From positions 1 through 64,000 of the IMG/VR virus record IMGVR_UViG_2935109043_000001: 64,000 nt of DNA; one strand, 5' to 3'. The stretch is from a virus. Its lineage: Duplodnaviria; Caudoviricetes. Shown piece after piece: positions 38,099 through 48,121 of this stretch (within the stretch, counting starts at the first letter, position 1; every line of letters begins with the position of its first letter). The notes below the pieces were generated by a model. The model was not told where the DNA came from, searched no databases, and worked only from the letters and a program-made list of their open reading frames with translations. The position numbers were made by a program, and so were the translations under genes.

Positions 38099-39079
38099 GT
38101 GTTGGAGCCGCCGATTCGTCCGATGACTGCCGAGGCCCGCGCCGAGCTGCCGCCGGCGGGGAAGCCGGGCTCGATGTTCTGGCAGCAGAAAGTCGACGGG
38201 TACCGGATCGTGGCGTTCATCCGCGGCGGCCGGCTGTACCTCCAGTCGAAGTCGGGCGCGGACCTCACCGCCCACTTCCCCGAGCTCCAGGCCACGGCCG
38301 CAGGCGCCGGGGAGGACCTGGTGTTGGACGGGGAGCTGGTGGTGCTGCGCGACGGCCGTCTCGATTTTGAGGCGTTGCAGCAGCGGGCCCGGCTGGGCGG
38401 GTTCCGGGCCCGGTCGGCGTCACGGTCGTCACCGGCGCATGTGGTGCTGTTCGACCTGCTGGGCGCTGACGGGGTGTCGTGGATGGGACGCCCGTACCGG
38501 GAGCGGTGGGCGCGCCTGGAGCAGCTTGTGGAGGGCGGCGCGTTGGGTGGCCGGTGGGTGCTGGTCGGGTCGACGCTGGATCGTGACCGGGCGGTGGAGT
38601 GGATGGACCCGGCGTGGGGCCGTGTGGGTGTCGAGGGTGTGGTCTACAAGCCTGCTGGGGGCGTGTACAGGCCGGGGAAGGCCGGGTGGGCGAAGGTGCG
38701 GGCGCGGGAGACGGCGGAGGGCGTGGTGGCGTCCGTGACGGGCCCGGTGGCGGCGCCGGACACGCTGCTGCTGGCCCGCCGGGACGCGGAGGGGAACTTG
38801 CGGATGGTGGCCCGCACTGTGCCTCTCGCCGCGGCGGTACGCCGGCAGGTCGGTGCGCTCCTCACTACGGCGGGGCCGGACCATCCGTGGCATGGGGTGC
38901 GGTTCTCGGCCGGCTGGGGCATCAAGGCGACGCTGCCGCACACACCGGTCGAGCCGGTGCTGGTTGCCGAGTTCGCCGGGGACACGGCGGTCGATGATGC
39001 GGGCCGCTACCGGCATCCGGTCCGGTTCGTGCGGCTCCGCGACGACATGGCACCAGACGCGGTACCGCCGATGCCGTGA
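38099..39079 (+). CDS. ATP-dependent DNA ligase (LigC-like)
   Basis: QKVDGYR (KxDG), LDGEL, FDLL, EGVVYK, RHPVRF.R.R.D. Confidence 0.9.
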   Translation: MLEPPIRPMTAEARAELPPAGKPGSMFWQQKVDGYRIVAFIRGGRLYLQSKSGADLTAHFPELQATAAGAGEDLVLDGELVVLRDGRLDFEALQQRARLGGFRARSASRSSPAHVVLFDLLGADGVSWMGRPYRERWARLEQLVEGGALGGRWVLVGSTLDRDRAVEWMDPAWGRVGVEGVVYKPAGGVYRPGKAGWAKVRARETAEGVVASVTGPVAAPDTLLLARRDAEGNLRMVARTVPLAAAVRRQVGALLTTAGPDHPWHGVRFSAGWGIKATLPHTPVEPVLVAEFAGDTAVDDAGRYRHPVRFVRLRDDMAPDAVPPMP

Positions 39080-39480
39080 GCGGGTGCTAGTCGGTGGTGG
39101 CGCGGCCGCGGGTCGCGTTGCGGATGTGGGCTGGGCTGAGGCCGGTACGGGCGGCGAGCGTGTCGAGGGTGGCGCCGGCTTTGTGGGCGGCGCGGATGGT
39201 GTGGTTGCGCCAGGCGACGTGCTGCTGGCGTCGGTGTGCGGAGGCGATGGTGCGTTGGAGGAGGACAGCGGCGTGGAGGAGGAGGGTGGCTTTCCAGCGG
39301 GCGCCGGGGCGGGGCACGGTTGCGGGCACGGGTCTCCCTTGGGCGGTGTGGTGTGGTGTGTCCGCTATGACGGTGACGCCCCGCCGTGGGGTGATCAAGA
39401 GCGCGAAGTGGACAGGTTGCACCCATTGTCAGGAAACGGAAGCAGGGGTGTAATGGGGCGCCACAAACGGGAGGGGGCTC

Positions 39481-39756
39481 ATGTCGAGGCGCAGACGAGT
39501 TGGGACACGGCCGGAAGATATTGCGGCTGAGAGAGCCAGGCCGGCTATTGAGGTCTGGATTCCGCCGTTCAAGCCTGACGGCCCCCGGAAGGTGCGGCCT
39601 CGCGTTCCAGCTCCCGAGGAGACCGCGGAAAGCGAGTCCGCCGCCGAGTCGGATGGGTGGATCACCAAGCCTCTGGACCCTGCGCGGTCAACCGGGCCGA
39701 GCCGCAGTGTGCGCGCAGTTCCGTCGGGGCTTCCGGGGCTCGGCAGGCGGCGTTAG
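39481..39756 (+). CDS. hypothetical protein
   Basis: RBS GGAGGGG; ends SGLPGLGRRR. Confidence 0.45.
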   Translation: MSRRRRVGTRPEDIAAERARPAIEVWIPPFKPDGPRKVRPRVPAPEETAESESAAESDGWITKPLDPARSTGPSRSVRAVPSGLPGLGRRR

Positions 39757-39890
39757 CTGTCCGAGGACGTTCGCATGGCAAGGGGCGGCAACCGCGGTGG
39801 GGTGCCGCCCCTTGGTCACGCTCATCGTGGCTGCTCATGTACCGCATGCCCTGGCCGTGGGTAGTGTGCTGTGGCCGCCCGGATGGGTCC

Positions 39891-40286
39891 TCACCTGTCT
39901 GTTGGCTTCTCCCCGAGTGCGGCCAGCTCGGTTACGGCCAGGTGCTCGAAGCCGGCCGCGGGGCGTTCTGCGTACTTTTTGAAGAACTCCCAGGCTGACT
40001 GTCGGGTCATGCCGAGCGCGTGGCCGACCTCGGTCCAGGTGGCGCCTTCTCGGCGGGCTTCGCCAGTGATCCATCCACGGCTTGCTGTCATGGACTCGGC
40101 CAGCAGCCTCGTTGCCGTGAGCGCCTCCAGCGCGGTCACAGGTTCCGTGCGGTCGTTGTCGTGCTGCGAAAGGTAGTTGTTGATGATCGAGACGAGGGTG
40201 GGCATCGGGACCCCCCGCATCTCTGTCTCGTCAGGGAAGTCGTCGAGGTAGTTGGCCAGGATCGCTTTTGCATTCATGTCCACCAT
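39891..40286 (-). CDS. HTH protein (leaderless)
   Basis: ARREGATWTEVGHALGMTRQSAWEFF. Confidence 0.75.
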   Translation of the reverse strand: MVDMNAKAILANYLDDFPDETEMRGVPMPTLVSIINNYLSQHDNDRTEPVTALEALTATRLLAESMTASRGWITGEARREGATWTEVGHALGMTRQSAWEFFKKYAERPAAGFEHLAVTELAALGEKPTDR

Positions 40287-40289
40287 GCT

Positions 40290-40331
40290 CGTAAGGCTAG
40301 CCTGACGGGCGGGTGTCAGGCTAGCCTTACG
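40290..40331. promoter_or_regulatory. palindromic bidirectional promoter/operator
   Basis: CGTAAGGCTAGCCTGAC-N8-GTCAGGCTAGCCTTACG; TAGCCT 7 nt before each ATG. Confidence 0.8.
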
Positions 40332-40334
40332 GAC

Positions 40335-40778
40335 ATGTCTCTGGTCACGTGGCACCGGCCCGCCTTTGAAGGCCGAGAAGATGAATTGGTCAACCAAAAC
40401 GCAATCGCCGAACTGACCGGCGTCACGCGAGCCGCCGTCTCCAACTGGACGAGCCGCGACCCGACCTTCCCCGCCGTGGTCGCCATCCAAGGCAACTACG
40501 CCCGCGCCCCGCGGCTGTACGTTCTCGCCGAGGTCCAGGCGTGGCTCGCCGAGCGGTCGTCCCGGCCGCGCAGTAAGCCGTCACGCCGTACACCGGCCCG
40601 CCCCCGCTACGAGATCCTCGCCGAGCGAGCGGAGCGCGCCAAACGCCGCATCGCTGAAGAGGGGCAGCGCATGTCCTCGCTCTACGCGGAACTCGGCAAG
40701 GCCGCGGAGCGCCTGAAGCAAGCCCAGGATGAGCTGGCGGCAATCACAGCCGAGGCTGAGAAAACGCCAAAGCCGTAG
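40335..40778 (+). CDS. AlpA/MerR-like HTH protein with coiled coil (leaderless)
   Basis: AIAELTGVTRAAVSNW..R.PTFP...RLY...EV.AWL. Confidence 0.8.
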   Translation: MSLVTWHRPAFEGREDELVNQNAIAELTGVTRAAVSNWTSRDPTFPAVVAIQGNYARAPRLYVLAEVQAWLAERSSRPRSKPSRRTPARPRYEILAERAERAKRRIAEEGQRMSSLYAELGKAAERLKQAQDELAAITAEAEKTPKP

Positions 40779-40874
40779 CGGCGGCGATCCGGGAGAGCAC
40801 CGAAGCCCGCCAGCAGTAGAAGCACGACGAGAGGCGGCAACCGCGGTAGGTTGCCGCCCCTCCGAACAGCGGAG

Positions 40875-41432
40875 CTAGCCTGCGTAGGCGTATGCCTGAC
40901 CGTCCCCCTTGGAGCAGGCGCAGCGCTCCATGATGAGCACGGCGGAGAGAGGAACCGGCTTCGGGTGCGGTCCTTGCACTGCAACCCATCCTCGGCGAGC
41001 GCACCTGTCACAGTCGGCGCGGCTGGGGCGCCCCTCAATGTCAGCGGGCGCTCCTAGAGGTGGACGCTCCGTAGCGTCAGGGTGGTAAATGAGCAGCCCT
41101 TGGGATACGTCAGCATCTACCTCGTACGTGACTTCGCCCCCGGCGTCAGACATCACTGCTGCCGCATCGCCTGTGTCTCGGATGTTCCACGCGATTACGG
41201 GCGCAGTCCAGCCGGTTCCGTCCACTCGGATGCCGGCGATCATCCAGCCTCCTCCCGGAACACTGGCGACGATCTTTTCGGCTTGTCTGATCATCAGGAA
41301 GCCGCTGTAGGCAGAGGCCGGAACCAGGCCGGTTTTCCCGGCGACGAGAGGCGATCCTTCGTCGTCCCAGGCAGCGACCTCGCGTTGCTGGTAGTCGCTG
41401 TACATGGCGTGATAGCCGCTGGCAGGAATCAT
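40875..41432 (-). CDS. hypothetical protein
   Basis: MIPASGYHAMY...; atypical codon usage. Confidence 0.5.
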   Translation of the reverse strand: MIPASGYHAMYSDYQQREVAAWDDEGSPLVAGKTGLVPASAYSGFLMIRQAEKIVASVPGGGWMIAGIRVDGTGWTAPVIAWNIRDTGDAAAVMSDAGGEVTYEVDADVSQGLLIYHPDATERPPLGAPADIEGRPSRADCDRCARRGWVAVQGPHPKPVPLSAVLIMERCACSKGDGQAYAYAG

Positions 41433-41563
41433 GTGCACTCCGTTTTGAGGCTCGACGGCGGGTTCGGGGCGGGGTGGGGTTGGTGGCTGAGGCCCAGTCT
41501 TGTGGGTGGTGTGGCCGGGTGGGGGCGGAAACTGGAACCTGCCCCCACCCGGGGTGTCACGGG

Positions 41564-42943
41564 TTAGAACGGTGCCCGTGCGGGCCGGTTGCGGTTCTCG
41601 CGGAGCAGGCTGCGCATGTCGGCGGTGCGGGCCTGGACCTCGTCGGGGCTGGGGATCTCCACCGTCGACACGGCCGGGGTCTCCTCGGCCGGCGTGACCA
41701 CCGTCGGCCACGCCCCCGGAGCCGCAGGAGCCCACGAGGTGGCCTCAGGACGCGGCGGAGGCACCACGTCACCCGAACGGCCCCCACGCGGCTCTGACGG
41801 GCGCTCAGCGGCCCGCACGGCATCCTGCTGCTCCAGGCGCCGCTGCACCCGACGATCCGCCTTCAACTCGACGCAGAACGGGCACGCATCACCCGTATCC
41901 ACGTCCCGCCGGTCATCACACCGTGTGTTCCCGCACTCCGCCTGCGACGCCACCAACGCCAACACCACACCGAGCGGCTTCTCGAAGCCGTCGTCGCCAT
42001 ACTGGCTGGCCCAGTAGCCATCCCACCGCGGATTGATCCGGTAGGAAGCGAGCTGCTCCGGCGTCCGCGGCCGCGGCCCGTCCGCGTCGAGCGCGGCGAG
42101 GATCTTCTCGCTGATGTTGGTGGGGGTCTCGACGGGCAGGTCGCGTGCGAGGAGCGGGGGGAGCAGGTCGCGGACGGCCTGCACCTGGGCGCGCTGGGTG
42201 TTGGTGATGGGCTTCTTGTCGCTGGACGCGGCGGAGCCGCCCTTCGGGCCAGTGCTGCCGGTGGTGCGCTGTACCGCACTACGGGAACCGCCGGGTTCAC
42301 GGCCGGCAGCGGCTGGACTGGTAGTCCCCTCGTGCTGCGATTCGTTGCCGGACGCGGCGGAGCCGCTCACACGGGAGCCCCTACTACCTGTAGTAGCCCT
42401 ACGGGCGTCAGGGGACTGATGGCTCGCTGGTGGACAACCTGAGGGATCACTGATGGATAGGGGGCCAATCTGTCCTGACCCTGAGGCCAATGTGTCCTCA
42501 CCCTCAGGACAATCTGTCCCCTGCCTCAGGACAGATTGTCCTGTCAGCAGGTCAGGAGGCGCTTCCGGGTCCAAGATGCCCCCCTCCATACCCTCCGGGG
42601 AGTCCGCCCCCTCGAAGCTCAGCCGCTCCACGAGGTTGTCGTCATAGACCCGCTCAGGGCGCCGCATGGACGCCAGCAGCCGCAGATTCACCCTGGTCAG
42701 GTTGGTCGCCGGCTCACCCTTCTCGTTACGCCGGACCGACTTGATCAGGCGCAGCTCGATGAGCTTTGCCCGCGACCGCCGCACTGTGCGGACCGAGGTG
42801 CCAGTCATGTCCGCGAGACGCTGCTCGCCGGGCCAGCAGTAGCCGTGCGCGTCGGTGAAGTTCGTGAAGGCGAGCAACAGGGTCTTCTCCGGCCCGGGGA
42901 TGCCCTTGGCCGCGAAGACCATCGCCATGTGCTCGACGCTCAT
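41564..42943 (-). CDS. phage/plasmid replication initiator (N-terminal HTH, internal iterons)
   Basis: KTLLLAFTNFTD..GYCWPG..RLA..TG.SVRTVRR; C-terminal C...CD...CPFC. Confidence 0.8.
   Translation of the reverse strand: MSVEHMAMVFAAKGIPGPEKTLLLAFTNFTDAHGYCWPGEQRLADMTGTSVRTVRRSRAKLIELRLIKSVRRNEKGEPATNLTRVNLRLLASMRRPERVYDDNLVERLSFEGADSPEGMEGGILDPEAPPDLLTGQSVLRQGTDCPEGEDTLASGSGQIGPLSISDPSGCPPASHQSPDARRATTGSRGSRVSGSAASGNESQHEGTTSPAAAGREPGGSRSAVQRTTGSTGPKGGSAASSDKKPITNTQRAQVQAVRDLLPPLLARDLPVETPTNISEKILAALDADGPRPRTPEQLASYRINPRWDGYWASQYGDDGFEKPLGVVLALVASQAECGNTRCDDRRDVDTGDACPFCVELKADRRVQRRLEQQDAVRAAERPSEPRGGRSGDVVPPPRPEATSWAPAAPGAWPTVVTPAEETPAVSTVEIPSPDEVQARTADMRSLLRENRNRPARAPF
42466..42541. repeat. 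iteron array (22-bp period), probable replication origin
   Basis: CAATCTGTCC, CAATGTGTCC, CAATCTGTCC, CAGATTGTCC at 42466, 42488, 42510, 42532, interleaved with CCT(C/G)AGG. Confidence 0.75.
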
Positions 42944-43169
42944 CCGGTCACCTCCGTCACACGCGCGGACGCGGAGCGTGACTCTGTTGTCGAAACGTCG
43001 ACTGCGGGTACAGTCATGGGTGAGACCTCATTCGCTTAGAGACTCGTTCGCAGCAGGTGGCCGCCTGCTGTGGTGTTGATCGGCCGGTAGGAGCCTTGCT
43101 CCGCCGGCCTTTCGCATATCTGAACGCTATCGAGCATTTCGCGGGGTATTGCCCCTGCTAATCCGCCCG

Positions 43170-43442
43170 TCACGAGGGGCCTGGAGCGGGCTTGCGGCCT
43201 CGGCCGCCGCGCCGTGGGCCGTCCTCGAACATGGCGAGGAACTTCCCGGTCTCCATCGTCTTGGCGTTGCCCGCCATCACGTACGGCATCTGGTTGGGTC
43301 CGTCGCCGAACGCCCAGTCGGGGTCTGTCCGGGCGATGTACCGGAGCCCGTCGGGGGTGATGCTCTCGACCAGGCCGAGCTCCGTGAGGAGGGCGGCTCC
43401 GGTGGTGAAGGTGACGAACGGGGGGAGCTTGTCGGGGGTCAC
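43170..43442 (-). CDS. small DNA-binding-like protein
   Basis: FTTGAALL.ELGLVESIT.DGLRYIAR; upstream palindrome AAACTTCG-N7-CGAAGTTT. Confidence 0.6.
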   Translation of the reverse strand: MTPDKLPPFVTFTTGAALLTELGLVESITPDGLRYIARTDPDWAFGDGPNQMPYVMAGNAKTMETGKFLAMFEDGPRRGGRGRKPAPGPS

Positions 43443-43678
43443 TGAATCCCCCCGTCCGAAACTTCGAAGTCAGCGAAGTTTCTGGGTAGGGTCGACATCG
43501 GCAGGTCTCTCTTTCAGGGGCGAACTGTCACCGGCCGTCACGCCTCCGCAGGGCGCCGGCCACAGGGCGGTCGGCCGGTCTCATCACCGGTCGGCCGTCC
43601 GTCTTTCTACGGCGGTCTCTTCATCTGCTCCTCCTCGCAGCCGTAACGAACTCCGCAGCTCAGGTCACATGGAAGCCC

Positions 43679-44932
43679 TCAGTCTCTTGCTCCTGTGCGC
43701 TCCGCGAGGCCAGCGAGTTCAGGGCTGGCCTTGGAGCCGGTGACGAGGATCATTTCGTGCACGGCCTCGCGGACCGCCGTGTGGTTCTGGACCATCTCCG
43801 GGCTGAGAGCCTCGGCGCGCAGCAGGCAGCCGACAGCGTCGGCCGTTTCGCGCCGCTGCGCGTGGGCTCGCCCCAGGTCCATCAGCAGCCTCCCCTGACG
43901 TTCGGGGGAGAGCGCGTCGGCGTTGATGCTGTGCCCTATGTCGAGAGCCTCGCCGGCGTCGCCGAGATCGACCGCGGTGGACACGGACTGGACAGCGACG
44001 TTGGTCGGGCCGAACTCCAGGTGGTAGTCGTTGCGGTCCTCTCCGAGACGCTCGGCGACCTGGCGGGCCGCCTCGATCTCTGCGCGCGCCTCCGTCCGCT
44101 GACTGGACCGGGCATGCATCAGCGCCTTGGCCAGATGCAGGGAGCCCAGGACGGAAAGCCCCTCCGGAGGCAGGTCGCCCTGCGCCTTCAGCGCGTCGAT
44201 GGCGCCACGCACGGCGTGCTCAGCCTCGGCGGGGGAGCCGAGCCGGACGAAGGCGTGGACCATGCGGAAGATGCCCGCGAAGACCAGGTACACGTCGCCG
44301 GACTGTTCGGCTGCGGTCACTGCGCGGTCTGCGGCGACCCACGCGGCCCGAGAGTCGCCCTGGCGCGCGAACGCTGAAGCCAGGGCGTGGTACGCGTGGG
44401 CGAGGAGCTTGTACGCCGTCGACCGGTCAGCGTCCGAAGCGGTTCGGACGGCCCGCTCCAGGTCGGGCACCAGGGCGGTCACCATGTCGCTGACCTCGGA
44501 GTGCCGGGCAGCATGCGTGAGCGACCACATCTCGTCCACCTGGGCACTGAGGGCGGCCAGGTCGGGCTGCTCGGTGTCCGTACCGAGGAGAGCTCCGAGT
44601 GCCGGGTGACCGGCAATGACGAGTCGTGCGCCGTCCAGGTCGTTCGCTACCAGTTCGGCAGCGGCTGGCGGCGCATCGATGGGTGCCCCTGGGTCGAGGG
44701 CCTGTGTCGATACGCCGAGGGCGTTGGCCAGCTCGCGAAGCAGGTCGAACCGGCGGATCGGCTGAATGCCCCGCTCGACCTGAGACATCCAGCTCGGCGT
44801 CCGTCCGTTCAACTGGGCGGCGAGCTGCTGCTGCGTCATGCCCCGGTCCTTGCGGAGCTCGGCGACTCGTCTGCCGAACTCTCGGTCGCGCGGGTCGACG
44901 TCCTTCCCGGTCGGCTTGCTCGACTTGCTCAC
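43679..44932 (-). CDS. XRE-family regulator with TPR-like C-terminal domain
   Basis: FGRRVAELRK.RGMTQQQLA...SWMSQVERG; FGPTNV; helical repeats. Confidence 0.88.
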   Translation of the reverse strand: MSKSSKPTGKDVDPRDREFGRRVAELRKDRGMTQQQLAAQLNGRTPSWMSQVERGIQPIRRFDLLRELANALGVSTQALDPGAPIDAPPAAAELVANDLDGARLVIAGHPALGALLGTDTEQPDLAALSAQVDEMWSLTHAARHSEVSDMVTALVPDLERAVRTASDADRSTAYKLLAHAYHALASAFARQGDSRAAWVAADRAVTAAEQSGDVYLVFAGIFRMVHAFVRLGSPAEAEHAVRGAIDALKAQGDLPPEGLSVLGSLHLAKALMHARSSQRTEARAEIEAARQVAERLGEDRNDYHLEFGPTNVAVQSVSTAVDLGDAGEALDIGHSINADALSPERQGRLLMDLGRAHAQRRETADAVGCLLRAEALSPEMVQNHTAVREAVHEMILVTGSKASPELAGLAERTGARD

Positions 44933-45255
44933 GTTCCCTCCTTTCCGGCCGGCCTCTTGCCGACCGTCTCGTTCAGGAACGTCACCTCGGTGCTGGTCAG
45001 GTGCTGCTCCCTCTCCTTCAAGAAGTGCTTGGTGTGGTGCTGGTTCTCGTGTGCCTGGAACGCGTCGCGGTCGGCGTACAGCTCGTAGAAGACGCGCACG
45101 AGGGGTTCGCCCTCGGGGACGTGCACGACGTAGACGAGCGTGCCGGGCTCACTGCGGATGCCCTCGATGGTGCGGGCCACGAGGGCGTCGAACTGCTGGG
45201 CAGCGTCGGCGTCGCGGGTGGTGAAGCGCACGACGAGTGCGTATCCGCTTGTCAC
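44929..45255 (-). CDS. ABM-family (putative quinol) monooxygenase
   Basis: EPGTLVY....RVFYELYADRDAFQAHE...H. Confidence 0.85.
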   Translation of the reverse strand: MTSGYALVVRFTTRDADAAQQFDALVARTIEGIRSEPGTLVYVVHVPEGEPLVRVFYELYADRDAFQAHENQHHTKHFLKEREQHLTSTEVTFLNETVGKRPAGKEGT

Positions 45256-45336
45256 TTGTTCCTCCTTTGATGCCATGGCCACAGTCTCACATGTCGAGGA
45301 AAAGTGCGAGCATGAGAGGGAAACTCGCGGAAGCGG

Positions 45337-45365
45337 TTGACTCGCACTGAGAGTGCGAGTAGCTT
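45337..45365 (+). promoter_or_regulatory. sigma70/HrdB-type promoter with operator overlapping the spacer
   Basis: TTGACT-17-TAGCTT; palindrome ACTCGCACT-GAG-AGTGCGAGT at 45340-45360. Confidence 0.7.
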
Positions 45366-45646
45366 CGTTCATGTCGCCACCACGGCGGCAGCAAAAAGGG
45401 CCCGGCGTCCTACCGCCGGGCCCTGGATGCGAACCACTGTCCTACCTGCTCTACCAGGAGGCCGATCCGCATGCAGATCAAGGATCGCACACACAGTGCG
45501 AGCGCGACTCGCACCACCACCCCCGACGTGAACGAGTGCCTGCGTCAGTCCCGCAGCACCACCGCGCCGTCGACCGCCCGCCAGCTCGTCGCCATCGGCA
45601 TCCGCCGGCCCGGCCACGGCCCGCTGATCATCAAGGCGGTCTGACC

Positions 45647-47187
45647 ATGGCCACCAACGACCCCGCCCGCGACGCCGCCGAGCACTACTTCCGGAACCTC
45701 GTCCGTCTCCGCGACGAGCTCGACACCGACAACCCCGACCGCGCTGTCATCTCGGTCAGTCTCCCCAACGGCACCTTCATCGGCTCGGTCGACCTCCCCG
45801 CCACCATCGTCGGCGAGCTCGGCGACACCGCCGAAGTCCACGCCGACTACGCCGAGCCGAACCTCGCCACCACCCTCGGCTGGGACGAAGTCACCATCTC
45901 CGACGACCTCACCCACGCCGTCGAAGAAGCCCTCACCCCCGCCCTCAACGACACCGTCGACGGCCTGCACCTCGAAGCCCTCGCCGACCTCGAAGACCAC
46001 TTCGCCAGCGTCGACCCCATCGACCTCCTCGACGAGGCGCTCAGCGCCAACAACGCCGAGCAGGGCCTGCGGGCCTTCGAGTACCTCGTCACCGGCGAGA
46101 TCAACGAGGACGGAGCCCTCTGATGCAGCCCTACTCCAACACCACCGTCCTCACCGGCCCCATCGCCCCCGTAGACGACACGCCCCTCGGCGACGTCATC
46201 GCCGACACCGCAGGCGTCCACGCCGGCATCGACCTCATCCGCGAAGGACTGCTCCTCCTCGCCACCGACCACCTGCCCCTCGACCTCGTCCCCACGATCC
46301 TGACGACCCTCGCCGGCGGAGCAGACGGCACCGACCAGGCCCCCGACCTCCTCACCGCCATCGGCCACCTCGTCGCCCGCCTCTCGGACCCGGCCGCCAA
46401 CCAGGTGCTGCTGGACCTGCCGGAGCAGCGGCAGAAGGACATCGAGCGGCAGGGCGAGCAGGCCCTCTACCGGCTGACCGACCCGTGGCTGCGCGAGCCC
46501 GCCAACGAGGCCGCCGCCCTGATCGACGGCATCTGACCAACCCCCACCCGCGCGGGGGCGGTCTGACGCCGACAACAGGCCGCCCCCGCCTCACCCCGAG
46601 AGGCACCCCATGAACACGCAGCCCACCACCTACCACTGGGTCCTCACCCTCACCGGGACCAACGCCGCCACCGGCGTCGCCGTGTCCACCGGCGGCTACG
46701 GCGTGATCCCCATCGGCGCCGGAGCCAGTCGCGTCGAGGTCATGCAGAGCCTCCACCGGAATGTTCTCGCCCGCGCCGCCGCAGACGGCATTCACCTTGT
46801 CAACGTTCGGGTCCTTTTCTGGTCCCTCGAACCCGACGCCCTCTAGCCCCGCCAGCCTCGACCCAGCCGCAACGCTCCACGCAACAACCACAGAAGGGAC
46901 CACTCATGACCACGCAGACACCCACCACCTGGCCCGAAGGCGTCATCGGCCGCTACCTCACCGTCGGCGGCGCCACCGTCGACATCACCCACGACAACCT
47001 TGGCCCCGACGCCGAGCCGTGCCTCTCCACCGCCTACTGCACCGGCTGCGGCAGGCACATGGACCACTACTGGACCACCCATGTCGGCAGGTACGACAAC
47101 GGCCGTACAGGAGCCGAGCGGGCCGCCCGTGAGTGGGCTCAGACCCACGCCGGACACTGCCGCGCCTTGCCCAAGCCGACCGCCTGA
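45647..47187 (+). CDS. cluster of hypothetical genes: 45647-46123, 46123-46536, 46610-46846, 46906-47187
   Basis: Same-strand ORFs at the start of the AICE-like operon. Confidence 0.6.
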
Positions 47188-47197
47188 CCCACACCCA

Positions 47198-47245
47198 GCC
47201 TCGGCCCAGCCGTGACGGTGCCGGATCGAATCCGCGCCCGAGGCA
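47198..47245 (+). ncRNA. tRNA-like minihelix (degenerate)
   Basis: GCCTCGG...CGG-ATCGAAT-CCG...CCGAGGC-A. Confidence 0.35.
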
Positions 47246-47285
47246 CGCAACCACCACCCGCACCAACAACCCGAAAGGCCCCACC

Positions 47286-47696
47286 GTGACCGAACAGTTC
47301 GAAACCATCCGCTACACCGCCGACATCATCTGCATCCGCGACGGCCACATCCTCACCATCGAACGCGGATCGGACCCCCACAAGGGCCAACTCGCCCTCC
47401 CCGGCGGCCACGTCGACCCCGGCGAAACCAGCCGCGCCGCCGCCGCCCGCGAACTCGCCGAAGAAACCAACATCCACATCCAGCCCGACGACCTCACCTT
47501 CGTCGGCATCTGGGACACCCCCAACCGAGACCCCCGAGGCCGCTACATCACCGCCGCCTACGCCATCACCGTCCCCACCAGCACCCTCGCCACCGCCGGA
47601 GACGACGCCGCCTCCGTCTACTGGGTCCCCATCGACAACCCCGGCCCCCTCGCCTTCGACCACCAGGACATCGTCGCCGCCGCTCGCCGCCACTAA
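47286..47696 (+). CDS. NUDIX hydrolase
   Basis: GGHVDPGETSRAAAARELAEET Nudix box; RDPR; LAFDH. Confidence 0.92.
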   Translation: MTEQFETIRYTADIICIRDGHILTIERGSDPHKGQLALPGGHVDPGETSRAAAARELAEETNIHIQPDDLTFVGIWDTPNRDPRGRYITAAYAITVPTSTLATAGDDAASVYWVPIDNPGPLAFDHQDIVAAARRH

Positions 47697-48121
47697 CCCG
47701 CCTCAGCTCGTACCAGCGACCCGAAAGGCCCGGCCATGGACCAGCAGCCCACCCCCGCCTACCAGCCCGTCAGCGACGACGACGCCCGACTCCACCTCGC
47801 CCAGATCATCGGCAGCGACCTGAACACCACCGTCTGGTCGGGCGACTGGCACCAGACCCTCCGCGACACCGCCGCCGCCTGGACCACCCACCTCGCCGCC
47901 TAGGAGACCCCCGCCATGCAGTACACCGCTGCCGACTACCGCCGCAAAGCCGAAGACGCCATCACCGACCACCGCAACGGCCGCAACCACGATGGCCTCG
48001 CCGAAGCCACCATCTACGCCCAGCTCGCCCTCGCCACCGCCATCGAGAACGCCGAAACCCTCCCCACCGGCATCACCCTCACCCCGCCCACCCGCCACAG
48101 CCACTGAAAGGACCCTCCGTC

